Shown: one piece after another, positions 34,528 through 47,850 of the stretch
Numbering within the stretch: position 1 is the stretch's first letter
Layout: each line of letters starts with the position of its first letter
From: Lama guanicoe
Lineage: Eukaryota
Direction: 5' to 3'
DNA length: 64,000 nucleotides
Assembly (NCBI GenBank): GCA_013239625.1
Contig: MU054338.1
Span: 1,242,001 to 1,306,000, forward strand
Notes under the pieces: model-generated
What the model saw: only the letters and a program-made list of their open reading frames with translations
What the model was told of the DNA's origin: nothing
The model's database searches: none
Translations under genes and position numbers: made by a program

Positions 34528-37500
34528 TCAGTGGCACATCCGTGCGGTCATTTCTTTCTGTTAAGAACAATCAGCACAGCAGATACCCACGTCAGGAAAC
34601 CACAGGCAAGAGGGAGACCAGGGGACATGGTCTCAAGGGGCCCACGGGCCTCATCTAACGGAAACCTCACAGAGAACGGGACAGCCGGCAGCGTGCCAAA
34701 GGCCAGGGCGGCAGGGTCTGCCTCCAGGAAGGGCTCTGAGCACCAAGGGGGGAGAAGAGGGGTGTGCCACCGAGGTGAAAAAAGTAAGTGAGTGGTCACA
34801 ACATGTGTAGTACCTGCTGAGCTGAGAGTCCCATAAAGCGAGCCGGGTAAAGCGGCGCCCACTCCACAGCTGTCCCAACCCCCACTTCTATCTAGTTCCA
34901 GAACATTCCTTGACCCCAGCATAAAACCCCTTCCCCACTCGGCATGTGCACTAGAACTTTAACTCTGGAAACTTGTTAACTGATAGGCAGGGCCTGTGAG
35001 GGAACACACAGAAGTGAAACAGTCACACGAAGGTGTTTTGAGAAGTTTCTGAAGGGGGCACAGAGTTCGACTCTCAGTCTCCCTGTCCCAGGGGGCCCCG
35101 GGTCATTCCAGCACTTCCGACCTGGGGAAATGCCCAGGGAGGGGGCATGGAGGTGCTCCCAACCACTGTGATCACCCTGGGGGTGTTCTCCACCCTGGTG
35201 AACGGTGGCTGCAGCTGGTGGGCACTGGGAGAGCAGCCACCTGTGTCCTGTGACTCGCAGGTCCTGCTCAAAGCCACTGGGGACCGCCGTGGCACAGCCC
35301 GGCTCCACGTCACAGCCCAGGTGACCTGAACTATCCCAGCTCCAGGGTGGGGTCAACAGTGGCCAAAGCAGCAAATCCCCCAAGACAGAGCAGATTAGTG
35401 ATTGCAGGGGCTAGGGTGACAGCTGATGGGGGTGGGGCTGCTTCTGGGGGATGGAAGGTTCTGGAACTTGTCAGAGGTGGTGGCTGCACAGTCTGTGAAT
35501 GGTCTGAACACTACTGAGTTGTTCACCTCACAACAACTGATTCTACATTATGTAAACTTTACCTCAACTAAAACCAGAGCGGGTAGGGAATAGCTCAAAT
35601 GGCAGAACATGTGCTTAGCATGCATGAGGTCCTGGGTTCAATCCCCAGTGCCTCCTCTGAAAATAAATAAATCTCCTTATCTCCTCCCACACACACAATT
35701 TTTAAAAATTAAACAAACAGAAAAGCCTCCCGTGCAAGGGCGGGCAGGGCAGGAGGGCGAGGCGGTGGGGGTGGGGGCTCCAGGGAAAGCGGGGGCAGCT
35801 GCAGGCAGGAGCCCCGCGAGGCCGCGGCTGGGGAGACCCCCCAGGACCGGGGTCTGGTGTCACCGGGGGCGCCCCCAGCAGGGGTGGGGACAGGAGGAAC
35901 CCAGCTCACCAGCGGCTCCAGCTCCTTGGTGTCAATGAGGCCGAACTCGGTGACGAAGTAGTAGAAGTGCTTGTAGCAGGTGTTGACGTGGGCCTCGGAG
36001 CCGAGCTGCGCGATGCGGTCGAAGTGGTGGATGTAGACGTGCACGAACACGCGGAAGAGCCGGGACAGGATCTTCCTCACCACCTGCAGGAAGTTCCTGG
36101 GGAACGGCGTGCCTGGGCGGGCGGCAGGGCGGCTCAGCGGGGGCCCGCCGGCCCTCCCCGCCGCTGGCTGCTCCCCTACAGCACCCGGGGTGCGACCGGG
36201 GACGCTCACAGGTAAAGCCCGGCCGCGGGGCCAGCCCTCACGGGACGCACCCCCGGCCTTGCCGGCGCCAGCTCAGAGCCAGAGCGCCCAGCCAGCGGGG
36301 ACCTGCCGCCTGCTCGGCCTGGGTGAGCCCACAGGCTTCTGTGCGTCTGGTCCTAGCTGCGTGTATTTTCTGTGTAGAACGGGACAACTAAGACAAACAC
36401 ATTTTTTGACATTTGATATTTTTCACTTAATGTATTCATACCTCTCCCTGTAAACGTGTTTCACTGTTACCACTTAAATCTGAACTTAACTGCGTGTATA
36501 CAGTAGACTGCAACTCCTCCTAAGACTGAACTTAATGTTTTTCTATTTTTGAAGTCACAGCACAACACACACATCCCGTAGGACCCGCAGACCCAGCGGC
36601 CCTGAGGGCGCCGGCCCCCACCCACGTCCTCTCCTCCCACAGGACAGACGCCTCACGCTCACTCCGTCTGCCCAGTGCAACCGGGCAGGGGGCCCGGGCC
36701 CAGGGGTAGGACGCGTGGAGCCGCCAGCACCGCGGGGACAGGCACGGTGCGCCGGGCACGTGCTCCTGGAAGACGGAACCGCCAGCCCCTGGACGGCGCT
36801 GCACCTCCCGGCCCTGAGGTCCGCGAGGAAAGGCTCCAGAGACGTCCAGGCAAGTGCCTGGAGGTGGGCGAGCGGGGAGGCTCCCGCGCTGTCTGCGGTG
36901 GGACTGGGGACAGCCCGCACCCAGTCGGGGATGGGAGATGAGCCCGCGCGGAAAGGCCGCCGGCGCGCCGGGGCAGAAGGCAGGAGGGAAAGAGAAGCTC
37001 CCCACCACCAGGCGTCTCCCCGGCTTCCGTCCTGCTGCGCCGGGTGCCCCAGGCCGGGCGACCCCTCCCGGCCTGAGCACTGATGGGACTTATATTCTGT
37101 TGTCCCAAAGACCCTGTGAACATCTGTTCCAGGCAACAGGGCCCAGCGGCTCCTGGGGGTCTACGCACAGAAGGTGCAGTCAGCATCAGCGAGGCCTCTG
37201 GGTTTTCTCCCAAGATCCCTTGGGAGGAATGCCTGACCCTCGAGACACCACGTTCATGGGTGTCTGAGGCGCACACGCTGTCAGTGAAGACCTTTGAAAA
37301 CCACGTGGTGGGACATCCCCTCCAGGGCGGGGGACCCCCACAAGGGAAAGCTGTCTAACAGCCACAAATTCAGGGGCGCACAGAGCGCTCAGTGGCAAGG
37401 AAGGCGATGGAGCGCACGGGTCGGCTCCAGCTTTGCAGGGTCCTGGGCCTGACGTGGCTGGCACCCCCTCCCCAGCTCCTCTCTCCTGCAGGGGGTGCCA

Positions 37501-39663
37501 GGAGCCACCCTACCCTGGGGGCAGGGGGGACAGCAGCCCTGTAGAAGGGCCTAGAAACGAATCTTCCAGAACTGCACTGCCCACGCTTGCAACCATGCCC
37601 TCACATGCGGTCATGAGTCCCGCCCACTGCCTGCTTCTGTAAATAAAGTTTTACTGGAATGCAGGCCTACTCCTCACGCACACTTGTCTGTTTATCTATC
37701 ATCTAGGGTGGCTCTCAGGCTACATGCAGACCGGGTAACCCACACGGACCACCTGGGCTGCGAAACCAGAAAGACCTATGACCTGGCCCTCCCCGGGGAA
37801 GGCTGTGGACCCCGCCCTTTCTTTGCCTGGCCACAAGTCTAACCTTGAGGGGTGCGTGGCAGGCTCTGGTCCTGAGAAGCACCACAGATGAGCAAAGAAG
37901 CATTTCAGTCCGCTTGCTGGGCCGGGGGTCATAACAGGCCGAGGGGCCCTGAAGAGCTTCCAGTGCAGCTGGCCCTGAGGTCTACGGACAGGGCTAGAAG
38001 GTGCAGCCTGGGCCAGGCGGGCCTCAGGGAAGGCGGGAGCAGCCCCAGAACCCATGATGTGTTTGTGCACCAGAGCCTGGCCCTCGCTGGGCAGCTGGGT
38101 AACGACCACCAAACTCACTTGTCTCCTTGTTGTGGCCTCTTTGGTAAGATGCCTGGAATTCGCCTTCTGGGGGCAAGGACCTGACTAGAGGCACTCGGGG
38201 CCCGACTTCCCGGATGTGGGCCCCTCAGGAGCTGGGGCTAGGGTTTAGGGGGTCCCAGCAAGGCCGTGAGTCAGAACAACAGGGAGCACGTGCAGACTCA
38301 GACCCCGAACCTGATGGGGACTGCCCAGGAATCTATTTTGGGATGGCCCTTTCCCAAGTGGGTCCCTGCAAGCCCCCCACCAGAGCCAACCCTGTTCACT
38401 GTACAGAGTGGGGTTTGGGCGGGGGCGGGGGTGCTGAGAAACTCTGCCAGGCACAGAGCCTGCCTGCGGCCAAGGGCCAACTTGCTAGGACACCGTGACG
38501 ACCTTGTGACATGGGAACAGCATCTGCCGAGCCTCCCGGGGCCGCTGTGACAAGTTACCACTACTCAGTGGCTCAGGACAACGGGTGAATTCTCCTACAG
38601 TTCCAGAGGCCAGGAGCCCCCAGGGCGCCCCAGGCCCAAGCGGAGGTGTGGGAGTGGCTCCTCCAGAGGCTCCAGGGAGAATCCCTCTCCTGCCTTCTCT
38701 GGGCTCAGGACCCCGTCCTCCACAGTCTCACCGCCTTCCGTCCTGCTGTGTGCCTGCCTCCCGCAGGGCCCCTGCGATGCCATCTAGGGCTCACCCAGAT
38801 AATCCAGAATAATCTCCCCATCTCAAGACCCTTAACTTGAAGCCAAACGTGGTCCCTCCACACACGGGAGCATCACTCAGCCACGAAAAGGAGAGCAGCC
38901 CTGACACCCGCTCCCACCGGGATGGACCCTGAGAGCACGAGCTCAGGGAGAGAAGCAGACACAGGAGGACACACAGCGTGTGAGTCCACGGACGTGGGAC
39001 GTCCAGAACAGGCCAGTCCGCAGACACACAGAGGGGCTTCCTGGCTGCCAGGGGCTGGGGAGGGGGTGCTTTCAGGGTGATAGAATTAGAGCTGACAGGT
39101 GCACAAGGCTGTGAATGTACTAAAATGCCACTGAACTGTGCACTTTCAACGGGTGGCTTCTACGGTGTGTGGATTCTATCCTGACAAAGCTGTTACTAAA
39201 AAGCCAGAGGAGCGCGTGGCGCCCGCCTGTCCGCCAACTCACCGACGCTGGTGGGGAAGACCCCCTCGTCGTTGATCTGCAGCTCGATCCAGTCCATGAG
39301 CAGGTCCATGTACCGGGGAGCCGACAGCGCCGTGGGCCGGCGGAAGCGGTGCTCGTCCTGCCAGCGGTACTCGTACTTGGGGCCGCCCGACATGATGGGG
39401 CAGGAGCGCTCGGTGCAGCCGTCGCTGATGGTGCCGTAGATGAGGTTGACGCGGTTGAAGAAGTCCACCACGTGCACGGCCACCCAGTCGTTGAGCTCCT
39501 CACCGGCGGGCAGCTGCACGGCCAGCTTCAGGTCCAGCCCCGCGTTCAGCGACGCCTGCGCCTTCTTGTGCAGCTCGAAGCGCTGGGTGCCTGGCTCGAA
39601 CTTGCGCTTGGGCCGGAAGGTCTTGTCCTTGTTGAAGACTTGCTTGAGGAAGGGGTTGGACAT
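34528..39663 (-). CDS. MOB3A: MOB kinase activator 3A (217 aa), 3 coding exons
   Basis: Exons 39243-39663 ([22 protein letters not shown]...; acceptor at 39766), 35910-36112, 34528-34557 (KEMTARMCH*); total 654 nt; Mob1/phocein-family sequence. Confidence 0.97.
35579..35710 (+). mobile_element. tRNA-derived SINE in a MOB3A intron
   Basis: atagctcaaatggcagaacatgtgcttagcatgcatgaggtcctgggttcaatcccc. Confidence 0.8.
37610..37815. mobile_element. MER58-like hAT relic (second copy ~29470-29650)
   Basis: tgcctgcttctgtaaataaagttttactggaa core. Confidence 0.6.
38845..39190 (+). mobile_element. L1M 3'UTR relic, GC-rich variant
   Basis: cactcagccacgaaaagg..gaagcagacaca..gtccagaacaggc; sister copies at ~59640-59990, ~42650-42890, ~5360-5590, ~4060-4340 (reverse). 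Confidence 0.7.
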
Positions 39664-41789
39664 CTTGCCCACACGCTACAGGCGGCCCCCAGCCAGGCCT
39701 CTGCAGGGACGGCCAGGTGGGACGCTTGAGACAGGACGGTCACTGGGACCCCAGGTTGCCCCAGACCTGGAATACACAAAGAGGAAGACTCGTCGCCTGT
39801 CCCCTGAACCCTGTTCTGGAAGCACCAGTGGGCGGACTGGGGACGCTCCTTGGACGTGTGGTTTTGAGTTTCACCAAAAGGATGCAGACTGCCCCGGGCA
39901 CGTCTGCCTGCCTTAGAGCAGACGCTGAGCTGGGCCCCAGACAACTCAGAGTGGGTGGCATCCCCTCCCCGCCCGGGGGCTTCCTGTAAAGCAAGAGAGA
40001 GCGCGCGCGGAGACCCGCACCCGGGCTGAGGCTGACCCCAGCAGGTTAAGTAGTGGCCTCTACAAAGAGACGTCCGCCTCCCTGGGACCTACGAGCGGGG
40101 CCCCATCAGGAGAAAGAGTCTTTGCAGACGTGACTGAGTTAAGGATCCTGGGACGCACTCGTCCGAAGTTATCCGGGGGGCCTGAAATCCAATGACGAGT
40201 GTCCCTGTGAGGGCAGACAGACACGGGAGGCTGTGTGATGACAGACTCAGGGACGGGGTGATGACTCTACAAGCTGACGGACACCAAGGACTGCCGGCAC
40301 TGGTAAAGCCTGGAGAGAGCCCAGCAACGGGTGCCCCCTCAGAGCCTCGGGAGGAAGCAGCCGTGTTTCGGGCTTCTGGCCTCCAGAGCTGGGAGGGAAT
40401 ACATTCCTGTTTCATCTGTTCCTCCCTGCGTCTCCTGTCTGAATCTCATCACTGGTTCGGGGCCCACTGTAACCCAGTGAGACCCATCCTACCATTCTGA
40501 CATCTGCAGAGACTCCATTTCTGACGGTGGTTATGAATTCCGGGGGACACTAGATGGTCACCCCAGGAGACCACTAAGTAAAGACGCTTCCACGAGCTGG
40601 TCCAGTCTTGTGACACCCGTCTCTGGGGACAAGGCCCTGGCGTGGGGGCTGCCGCTGCCATGCCCCTGCTGTGACTGCATGACCCCCCCCAAGCTCCTCC
40701 CCAGCTCCTCCCTGTGCCCAGTCTCCCCTGTTCGGTGGGGAGAGGCTCACACTCGGGACCAGTCATGGCGCCAGCCCCGTCGCCACCCTTGCTCTCCGCC
40801 TGTGGCCTGGGTGGATGTGCCTTCCCGAAGGGGTGGACATGGCTGGGACAGAGCAGGGGTGGGGGGGCTCCCAGGAGCTCCCCCAGGAGTGGCCGCAGAA
40901 GGGAAAGTCAGCTCGGAGGGGAAGCGGAAGCAGACGCCTCTGCCCACCCAGGCCCAGGCCCCTTGGTTTAGTAAGCACCCGCTTATCCACTACCTGATAC
41001 TAAACCCCTGTTCGGGATGCCCCATGTCTGCAGTGGGCCTCATGTCCTTCTGCAGAGACCCCTCACCCTCAGAGAATGGATGTCAGCGCCAGGTCGACCT
41101 TGGTGACAGAGAAGCAGTTCCAGGCAGGCGGGGCCCGAGGCTGGCGAGTCTGGTCATCCCGGCTGCGCACGGGACTGGGGACCCAGGTGGAGGGACCGGG
41201 AGGGGAGGGCGGCACTAGTGCAAGGGCTGAGTCACCACCGCCACATCCTGGAGCCCAGCGTCTCCTCCAGCTCGGTCCTTCCACACCTTGTGGGGCGGGA
41301 AAGAAGAGTGTCTCCCGGAGGCCCAGGGCTCCCAGCTCTGCCCTCAGGCAGACGCCTCTAGAACTGGGATCAAGGTGAGCCTCGGCCATCGCCGGGGTCA
41401 GGCGGGAACTGGTCCCATGAAGCGGTCTGGCTGGCCGAGCTGCCTTCCGAAAGCCTTCAGGTTAATTCCAGAAACAGACAGATACTGTGAAGTGCTGGAA
41501 CCCATGTTCTAGCCCAGGGGACACTGCCTGGGGCGTCAGAGCCTGGGCAGCAATGCGGAAGCTGACTTAGGAGAATTTAAAACAAGAGTTTGCTCCAGCC
41601 TGAAGGGGGATGGCACCGGAGCTGAGCCTCTAGAGCGACTCCCTGCGGGGTTGAAGGGGCGTGGAGGGCGGAGCGACCCCCTCCCTGAGAGGGCTCAGCA
41701 GTATCAGGCATGGAAGCCTCCCTGCCCTGATCAGGGCGGAGGACCTGGCCGGCAGAGTGACGGCCCCAGAGACACCCTGCCCTGGTCCT

Positions 41790-42200
41790 GGGACCTGAGG
41801 ACGCGTCACCTCATGGGGCAGAGGGGATCCTGAAGGTGGGACTGGGTTAAGGCCCCTGGGATGGGGGTGACCCTGGATTTCCCGGGGTACCCCGTGTCCT
41901 CACAGAGTCCTCATCAGAGGGAGGCAGGAGCTCAGAGTCAGAGAGAGACGGGGATGCCCCGCTGCTGGCGGTGAGGATGGAGGGAGGGGCCGCGAGCCAG
42001 GGATGCGGAGCCTCTAGAAGCTGGAAGAGGCAGGAGCCGCTTCTCCCTGGAGCCTCCGGAGGGGCCAGCCCCACCCACCTCTGGACCGAACCCAGGTCAG
42101 ACTCGTGATCTCCAGCACCATGAGAGCTAACCAGTCTGTGTGCCCCTGGGCCACAGTCTCTGGTGACTTATTACAGCAGCTGCAGGAAGCTCAGACAGAG
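41790..42200 (+). mobile_element. MLT1 LTR relic
   Basis: Same core; more diverged MLT1-type relics at ~19770-20160, ~38540-38840, ~40050-40415, ~45310-45620, ~57660-57940. Confidence 0.75.
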
Positions 42201-45200
42201 GCCAGGCAGACAGCCCAGATGGGCGCCAGGCAGGAGACCTCACAGCTGACCGAGCTGGGTCGCTCAGGCCCTGCTCACGCGCGGGCCTGGAGCCCTCAGT
42301 CCTCCACGGCGGCGGGCAAAGCTCGTTCACACTTCTGGGCCCCACTGGACGGAGTGCTGGAAGGTCAGCTCAGGGCAGCATGGACTCGCCAGTCACAGAA
42401 GCTGAGCATCTGCGGACGGAGCCGGGGGTGGGAGGAGGCCCAGCGAAGAGGGGAAGGACCCCCTCCACGAGGGTGGCTGCTATCCAAAAGGAGAATCGTG
42501 GTGCTGGTGAGGACACGGGGCGGTGGGGGCCCTCCTGCACTGCCGGTGGGGACACAAGCTGGGGCAGCGCTGCGGACAACAGTCTGCTGGTTATGGAAAC
42601 ACCGGGTTACCGTCTCACCCAGCAGCGCACCTCAAAGTCCACCTGAGAGAAGTAAGAACACGTCCCCACAAAAACCTGTACACACACGCCCAGCAGGTGA
42701 CTCACAACAGCCAAAAGGCAGAGACACCCAAACGCCCATCAGCAGGTGAACTGATCCACACACTAGGACATCACTCAGCCGCGAAAAGGAGAGACGCACT
42801 GACACTCGCTCCAACAGAGAGCACGATGCTCAGCGAAAGAAGCAGACACAGAGGGGGACACAGTGCATGACTCCTTGCATGTGAAACCTAAGTGTCAGCG
42901 AGGCACTCAGAGCAAAGCTCGGAGGAAAACAGAGCCCCCCACTTTACAGATGGGAAGACTGAGGCCCAGACTCACCACTGCTGACATCAGGGCCAGTCCT
43001 GGGCACTGGCGTGTGTGTGAGGCAGTCTCCCTGGTGCCCCCTGAGTCCTGAAAACCACAGGTGTCTCCCGAGAGCAGAACCACCCCAGGTGAGAACCACA
43101 GAGTTAGAAGAGCTTGACTCAGTACTAACTAGTTAGTGATCATAAGTCAGAGTTAAGCCACACAGCTGGTGACAGGAGGAGCTGTAGTTCACACTCCAGC
43201 CAGACAGGTGAAGCCTCGCTCCTTGTGCCGGGCCACCTGCCCCCACGGCCCCCGCCCTCCGCTATTCAGGCTTCCACCCATCTGACCCCAAAGCCAGGGC
43301 CAGGTACCCCCCGGGCTGGGACTGCTTCCTCACAGGCCCCTCTGCACACCTGCAGAGCTGGTGTGGGTGCTTCCGGCTCCCACTCTCCCTGTTTCTGGAG
43401 GGTGGGCACAGCCCCAGGTGCCCAGGGCCTGGACAGCAGGAACGGGGTCCCTCTGAGAATGGGGTACAGCCAGAAACTTGCCACCTGCTGGCTTCTCTCC
43501 CGACATGGAAGGACCTGACAGGCTCACCTTAGACCCCCCAGGAGGCACTGATTAAAGGGGCCCTGAACCCGCCCCGACCCTCTGTGCCGAGGGCATGTGA
43601 GCTGCACATGCCAGGCAGGGACCCTGCGGCCCAAGGGGCCCTGAACCTGCCCAGGTGATTCACCTGCAAGCCGAGCATCCCTCAGGCCACCCCGGGCGCT
43701 GGTCAGTTACCTGGAGCCCACCTGCTAGAGACGAGAGTCGCCCCTTCCAGCGCCTGCCACCTGCTGGTGCCAGGGAAGGCAATGTCTCCTGTACGACTTA
43801 CTTCGGCCCTGCACGCCCTTCTGCAGGAGCGGAGCGCGGCCTGACTTTGGCAAGGAGAAGACAGAGCGGGGCGCTGCACCCTGCGTCCAGCCAGAGCGAG
43901 GCGGAGCCCCAAGCAAAGACCCTGGAGCCGCTTCTGTGTGGCCCGCCCATCCGGGCTCCTCACCTGCCCTGCAGCTGGCCTGCCAGCCCCTGCGGAAATC
44001 ACACCGCACAGAGAAACGCAGCCCGCCCACCACGGACCGGCTGCTGCCTCCTGGTTCTTTTGGGGCCTCTCCAGGGACAGTTTTGGGGGTTTAATCCCCA
44101 ACGACGTCACCTAGGGACACGTGCCCTGCCCGACAGGAGAGGGTGGGGGCTCCACGGGCCCGCTGACCACGTCTGCCTACAGCCCTTCATGCCCTGCACC
44201 AGCGCCACGCCAAGATCGTTCTGGAAGATGGGGTGGGGCGGTGGAAGGGGCCTGTAAGGTTCCTGCCTGCCTTTCTTTCGCCTCAGAAAGTAGATTTTTT
44301 TTCAAGTGGAAGCAATGATTTTCTGAAACACTTCCTGGATGGGCAGAGTTCCCATCAAAAGCAAACAGCTTTCTATTAGAAATACACTCCCATGGTGGAG
44401 GGGTGGCCAGCCGCCAGAAAGCGCCTTTTCCTGAGAAGCGCGCAGGAGGCCAAGGCACCTGGAGACGCCCCCACGCTGCCCCAGGTACTGTCTCTGGGGC
44501 TCCTTTCTCCTGGCTCTTCCTAGAAAACCCCCAAGGACGGCGCGGGGGAAAACCAGCACAGGCTTCTCGGAATCCAGCGCGAAGGGCTCCCTCCCCTAGG
44601 TTCTTCCTGGGGATGAGATGTGTGTGGCACTTCAAACTCCCAGAGTGGCCGAAGTTCAGATGACAAAGCTCCCCTGCCCCAGCACACACCCACCCTCCCT
44701 TCTTTTTCTGAAAACAAAACACAGTTCCTGTAAGCAACTGCCTTGGGGGGGGGGGCACGCCGCACCTTGGCCCAGTCGCCACTTCCTTCCGGTGCCTCCA
44801 CATCCTGCCTGGGCTGCAACACTTACTCTCTGGGGACAGACCCCAACCTCTGAGGTCGGTCCTACATGTTCCGGATCGATCGGCGTGTAAACCTGGGCCC
44901 CTGGCCTGGCAGCCTGAGTGTCTGGCTGGAAGATGCTCGAGGCCCAGGATCTGTCCTGTTAGAGGTGGTTGTGCCCCACGGCTGTCTCTCAACATCTAAA
45001 TGTTTATTTTTATATACTGCAACGGCTCCCTGGGTGGGGAGGCAGCCCGCAGCCCTGCAGGACACACACGAAGACCAAGGTGCTCTGGAGGGGTTCTGTG
45101 TGTCCCAGCCTTCCTGATGATGGTTTTTTTTAAAAACAAAAACCAATTGAGACACAACTCACATACGACAGATTCCATCCTTTCAAAGCACACAATCCAA

Positions 45201-46139
45201 CGGCTTTTAGTCAGATCAGAGTGTGTAACCGTCACCACTCTCTAATTCCAGGACATCTCCTCGCCCCACAAGAAATGCTGTGCCCATCAGCAGTCACCTC
45301 CTACCCCCCTTTTATGGGCTGAGTCACGTCCCCCAGAAAGACATGTTCAAGTCTTAACCCTCGATCCCTGTGAGGGAACCCTGCTGAGAAACAGGGTCAT
45401 TGCAGATGCAATTAAGACGAGGTCACACTGGAGGAGGGTGGGCACTAAGCCACGTCTGCTGTCCCTACAAGAAGAGGGAGATGAGGGCACGACACAGGGA
45501 AACAGCCGTCTGACAGGGGCAGAGGCCGGGGTCGTGTCTCCAGGTCAAGGAAGGACCACGCTGGCCGGCCGCGCCACAGGCTGGGAGAGCGGCGGCAAGG
45601 ACCCCCCAGCAGGGCCTCCGGGAGCGCCGAGCCCACAGCAAGCGAGAGGGGCCGGGGGTCTAAATCTGGCTGTCTCCACTGAGACGGAGAGAGGGGTGCT
45701 GGGTGTGCCCCGGCCAGTGCTGCCGGTTCTCCTCCAGCCCCTCCCTCCGTCTCAGTTCCCCATGAAGACCAGCACGGATTTAGTGCTCAACAGAACGGGG
45801 CCTCGGGGAGACCAGAAGGGGAGAAAAAGGGGGAGGTCATGGGTGGTGTGTGTCCCTGCAGGAGTCGTAACTCTTCCTCCTGAGGACTCAGCCCAAGGCT
45901 GTAAGAGCCGCGGCTCTGCACTGACCAGAGTCCTGCGTGTCACCGAAGGGAAGACAAGAGAAGTGGCACGCCACATACACCCCCACTTGCTGGCTGTCCA
46001 AGCTTCCTTTTAACATCAGGGTCGTCGGCACTCGCACTGACCCCAGTCTGCGGGGAGGGCGTCCCTGCAGCGCCATCCATCAAGCATCGCAGTCTCTCCA
46101 GGCGCTGAGAAGAGCCCCAGCCTCGCTCCGCTACAGCCC

Positions 46140-46300
46140 TGGGTCTCAACGGGGGTGACTCTGCCCCAGGGGCCACGTCTGGGGGGCGTTTGTGGTTGTC
46201 ACGACTAGGGGTTCTCCTGGCATTGGGGGTCCAGGGAGGCTGCGCCACACCCCACAGTGCACAGAATGGCCCCCCACAGAGGATGACTCGCCCCAGGCGT
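46140..46300 (+). mobile_element. MER20-like hAT DNA transposon relic
   Basis: tctcaacgggggtgactctgccccaggggccacgtctgg..tggttgtcacgact. Confidence 0.7.
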
Positions 46301-46849
46301 CTCATCTGGGACTAAGGAGCTGCAGGAACGACCACTTCCCTCCCAGAACCCAGTTCCTGAAGTTGGATTCGCCTCTCTGGCTTAAGCAATCTCAACCTCG
46401 AAATTCCAGGAAGTCAGGAACAGGGCTCACCAGCTGGGGCATGTCCAAAATTTCCCAGAGTAAAAACCCAAGTTCCAGGCCGGCTGCTTGGGGGAATTTT
46501 TGTTAAACCTCCATTTCGAGAAGCCCCGGGAAAGGGAGAGAAGCTCCTGGGATGGGATGATAGTTAATGGCTGACTTTCCCATGAACTTGGCTGGCTCTG
46601 GAACGCCATCACACATGAAACAGACCACCTTAAACTTGTTAGGAATACGAATCATCTAAAAAGTCCTGGAACTGAAACAGCACTTCCGCGAACCCCCTCA
46701 GGGACTAAAATAACCACTTCTGCTTTTGCTGAGAGAGGCGAACTTAGAACTCCACTTGTCGCAGCTATTTGGGGCGCCTGGTGTGCGAACACCATGCTCG
46801 AGAGTTTAAAGATGATAAAGACAGTCTGTCCTTCAGGGAGGCTGAAGTA

Positions 46850-47370
46850 AAAAGTAAACGACCAAGCCACGGAAAGACACAAGGAACCGTAAAGGCGCAT
46901 CACCACGGGGAAGCGGGAAAAGCCTTTCTGAGAGGGCAACGCTGTGGTTCCAACGCTGGGACACTCTGGAAAGGTCGGAGCAGAGCTAGGGGCCAGCAAA
47001 AGGGCCGGCGGTTGCGGGGGTGGGGGGGTTTGTGAGGGAGAGCTGGACAGGTGGGGCCCGGGGGTTTCTGGGGAAGTGAGACTGCTCTGTGTGATGAAAT
47101 GACGGATACACATCCGTATACAGTTGTCCAGGCCCAGAGCACGCACGGCACCCAGAGGGACCCTAACGCACACGGACACTGGCTGACAGCGATGTGACAG
47201 TGTAGGCTCACCCCTGTCACAGACACCCGCTCAGGTGGGGGCTGCTGGTAACGTGGGAGGCAGCGCACACATGGGGGCAGGGGTTATATGGGAAGTCCTT
47301 GTGCCTCCTGCTCGGTTATACCATGAGCATGAAATTGCTCTCAAAAAATTAAGTCTGTTAAGAAAAAAAC
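46850..47370 (+). mobile_element. L1M 3'-end relic
   Basis: Typical L1M 3'UTR ending ggggttatatgggaa..aaattgctctcaaaaaattaagtct. Confidence 0.6.
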
Positions 47371-47519
47371 TACAGCTAACACGAATTCACCAATTACAAC
47401 ACACCAAGCCCTTGGCTAAATCCTTTGAGTTGCTCACCCCATTTAAGAAATAGCTAAAGCCACAGACAGGAAACAGAAAATGACAAACGCTAAGAGAGCA
47501 GGAGTGGGACATCTATTTG

Positions 47520-47850
47520 CCCAAAGACTAAATGCCACGGAAGGCACTGAAGTGTAACGTACACCATGTGTGTAACTTCTTTTTGGTAGCCATGTTGGAA
47601 AGTAAAAAAAAATGAAAAGAAACAGGTGGCTTTAACGTTGCTAACAGTTTAACCCAAGAGCGCCAAAATATCATTTTAACACCATAACAAATATAGACGA
47701 TATTAAAGAAATATTTTGTCCCCTCACCCCACACACACCGAGTCTCTGGAGACTGGTACGGATTTTACACGGATGGCACATCCCGGTTTGGACCACTTTT
47801 CAGGCACTCCCTAGCACGCGAGGCCAGGGGCTGCTGCACTGGACCGCTCA
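47520..47850. mobile_element. MER3/MER33-like hAT relic
   Basis: tttttggtagccatgtt..aaaagaaacaggtg..tttaaccca..ccaaaatatcatttt. Confidence 0.55.

Noticed and set aside
34890..34910. Three-unit HSE-like ttccagaacattcc (also ~4165 and ~59905)
   Set aside because: Lies within L1 3'UTR relics where this word recurs; far weaker than the 7-unit element.
44827..44955. Possible MOB3A non-coding exon 2 (donor AGA|GTAAGT at 44827)
   Set aside because: Acceptor is ambiguous and there is no reading frame to test it; needs transcript data.
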